Positions 63,001 to 64,000 of a stretch of DNA of 64,000 nt are shown here, one piece after another. The notes under the pieces were generated by a model. The model did no database searches. It worked only from the letters and a program-made list of their open reading frames with translations, and was not told where the DNA came from. Where the stretch lies: the NCBI RefSeq assembly GCF_046119375.1, contig NW_027362786.1:14632001-14696000 (forward strand), written 5' to 3'. The translations under genes and the position numbers were made by a program. This DNA comes from Phyllobates terribilis. Lineage: Eukaryota. The first letter of the stretch is position 1, and each line of letters opens with the position of its first letter.

Positions 63001-64000
63001 GGCCTGTTTTAAGGAAAGAAAGGCCTCCTCTGCTTCGGGCGGCCACTCTTTGGGATTAGTACCCTTACGGGTGAGCGCGGAATTTGGGGCAGTCCGGGAA
63101 GAGAAGTGTGGTATGAAGAGGCGGTAGTAGTTGGCGAAGCCCAGGAACCGCTGAATGGCCTTCAACCCCTCCGGTCGGGGCCATTTCTCGATGGCAGACA
63201 GTTTCTCTGGATCCATTCGTAGGCCGGTCTGAGAAATAATGTAGCCCAAAAACGGAAGCGAGGTCTGCTCAAAGAGGCACTTCTCATATTTAGTGAAGAG
63301 GTGATTCTGCCTGAGCCTGAGCAGGACCTGACGAACGTCCCTCTGGTGAGTTTGGAGATCCAGAGAGAAGACCAAGATGTCGTCCAGGTACACCACAACG
63401 CAGGAGTAGAGAAGGTCCCGGAAGATGTCATTGACCAACTCTTGAAAAACGGCAGGAGCGTTACAGAGACCAAAGGGCATTACCAGATATTCATAGTGGC
63501 CTTCCCGGGTGTTGAATGCAGTCTTCCATTCATCCCCTTGACGGATACGGACCAGGTTGTATGCCCCACGGAGGTCCAGTTTGGTGAAGACTCTAGCCCC
63601 CCTCAGGCGATCAAATAATTCTGGAATGAGCGGAAGGGGGTACTTATTCTTCACCGTGATCTGGTTAAGACCTCTATAGTCTATACAGGGACGGAGAGAG
63701 CCGTCCTTCTTTTTTACGAAGAAGAAGCCTGCTCCCGCCGGGGAGGTAGATTTCCGGATGAATCCCCTGGCCAAATTCTCCTCAATATATTCGGACATCG
63801 ACCGGGTCTCAGCAGCGGACAATGGGTAAATACGCCCACGGGGAGGAGTAGTACCGGGTAACAGGTCGATAGGACAGTCGTATGGTCTATGAGGGGGTAA
63901 TGTCTCTGCCTCCTTTTTATTAAAGACATCAGCAAATGACCAATAGGGAATCGGAAGTCCAGGTAGATTAGTTGGGGTAGGAGAAGGACGGACGGGATGA
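60003..64000 (-). mobile_element. Chromodomain-bearing Ty3/Gypsy (chromovirus, Sushi-like), 3' part; continues beyond the window
   Basis: 3' LTR 60003-61183; PPT AAAGGGGGGGG at 61187-61197; pol RT-RH-IN-chromodomain. Confidence 0.96.
61027..63999 (-). CDS. pol: Pol (RT, RNase H, integrase, chromodomain), uninterrupted within the window
   Basis: YLDDILV, EVDAS, HSSKLAGH..CVSC, MDFITD/SDRG/GQVE, EFEVENIL..FLVDWKGFGPEERTWEP. The frame is also open upstream of 63822 to the window edge. Confidence 0.95.
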   Translation of the reverse strand, partial: HPVRPSPTPTNLPGLPIPYWSFADVFNKKEAETLPPHRPYDCPIDLLPGTTPPRGRIYPLSAAETRSMSEYIEENLARGFIRKSTSPAGAGFFFVKKKDGSLRPCIDYRGLNQITVKNKYPLPLIPELFDRLRGARVFTKLDLRGAYNLVRIRQGDEWKTAFNTREGHYEYLVMPFGLCNAPAVFQELVNDIFRDLLYSCVVVYLDDILVFSLDLQTHQRDVRQVLLRLRQNHLFTKYEKCLFEQTSLPFLGYIISQTGLRMDPEKLSAIEKWPRPEGLKAIQRFLGFANYYRLFIPHFSSRTAPNSALTRKGTNPKEWPPEAEEAFLSLKQAFSSAPVLHRPDGNKQFFLEVDASSSGAGAVLTQKSSSGRMVTCGFFSKLFSSSERNYSIGDRELLAIKLALEEWRYLLEGALHPVIIYTDHKNLAYLQHAQRLNPRQARWSLYFARFDFVLHFRPADKNIKADALSRSFLVSDLEEEPKHIIDPARVMQVAPVSLNRLPPGKTFVSVPDREKILHWGHSSKLAGHAGQKKTLQLITRHYWWPNLHKDVIDFVSACVSCARNKVPRHLPASRLLPLPVPAAPWQHIVMDFITDLPVSAGCTVIWVVADRFSKMAHFIPLPGLPSAPELAKDFIRHIFRLHGLPRHIVSDRGVQFTSRFWRATCKLLDVTLDFSSAYHPQSNGQVERINQNLTSYLRHFVNAHHSDWVDLLSWAEFSYNNHESESSSKSPFFVVFGQHPRIPFPVSTSVDNPAAESLVNKFSSIWESTRSALLLSSERMKRHADKKRLDPPQFRPGDKVWLSSKYVRLKIPSYKLGPRFIGPLEVISQINPVAYKLKLPANLRIPNSFHVSLLKPVVLNSFSKSTGTPPAPVSAENEFEVENILATKRVRGKTFFLVDWKGFGPEERTWEPRENIHAPLILAKFLSGLKKGGPKGGGTVASASLPSARQGRCSPHLSAPSPASSSRSAGSARSFPAPVLRARARALPSS

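Overview
Eukaryotic (vertebrate, most likely anuran amphibian; inferred from the 18S fragment and TE repertoire) DNA made almost entirely of nested transposable elements and tandem repeats. No host protein-coding gene could be supported. From left to right: a 52-bp satellite interrupted by a young full-length Ty3/Gypsy element (977-bp LTRs, TACT TSD, tRNA-Ser PBS, -1 frameshift signal, disrupted pol); a G-rich 30-bp minisatellite ending in a fold-back; an 8-kb hAT transposon carrying an 18S rDNA fragment and an L1 RT fragment (itself split by a solo LTR); Gmr1-like (SCAN-type gag, integrase right after protease) remnants; V-SINEs, MITEs and Tc1 relics; a Neptune-type Penelope-like element with an inverted duplication and a hammerhead ribozyme motif; an 11.3-kb hAT containing a 5-kb piggyBac and a solo LTR; and a chromodomain Gypsy with an uninterrupted pol running off the right edge. 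The most interesting signals are the rDNA-carrying hAT, a hammerhead with an A3:U8 core variant, a dUTPase-like domain between Gypsy protease and RT, and a conserved structured U5 containing a second tRNA-Ser-complementary site. All calls are by eye with no database searches. Boundaries backed by TSDs are exact; the others are approximate.
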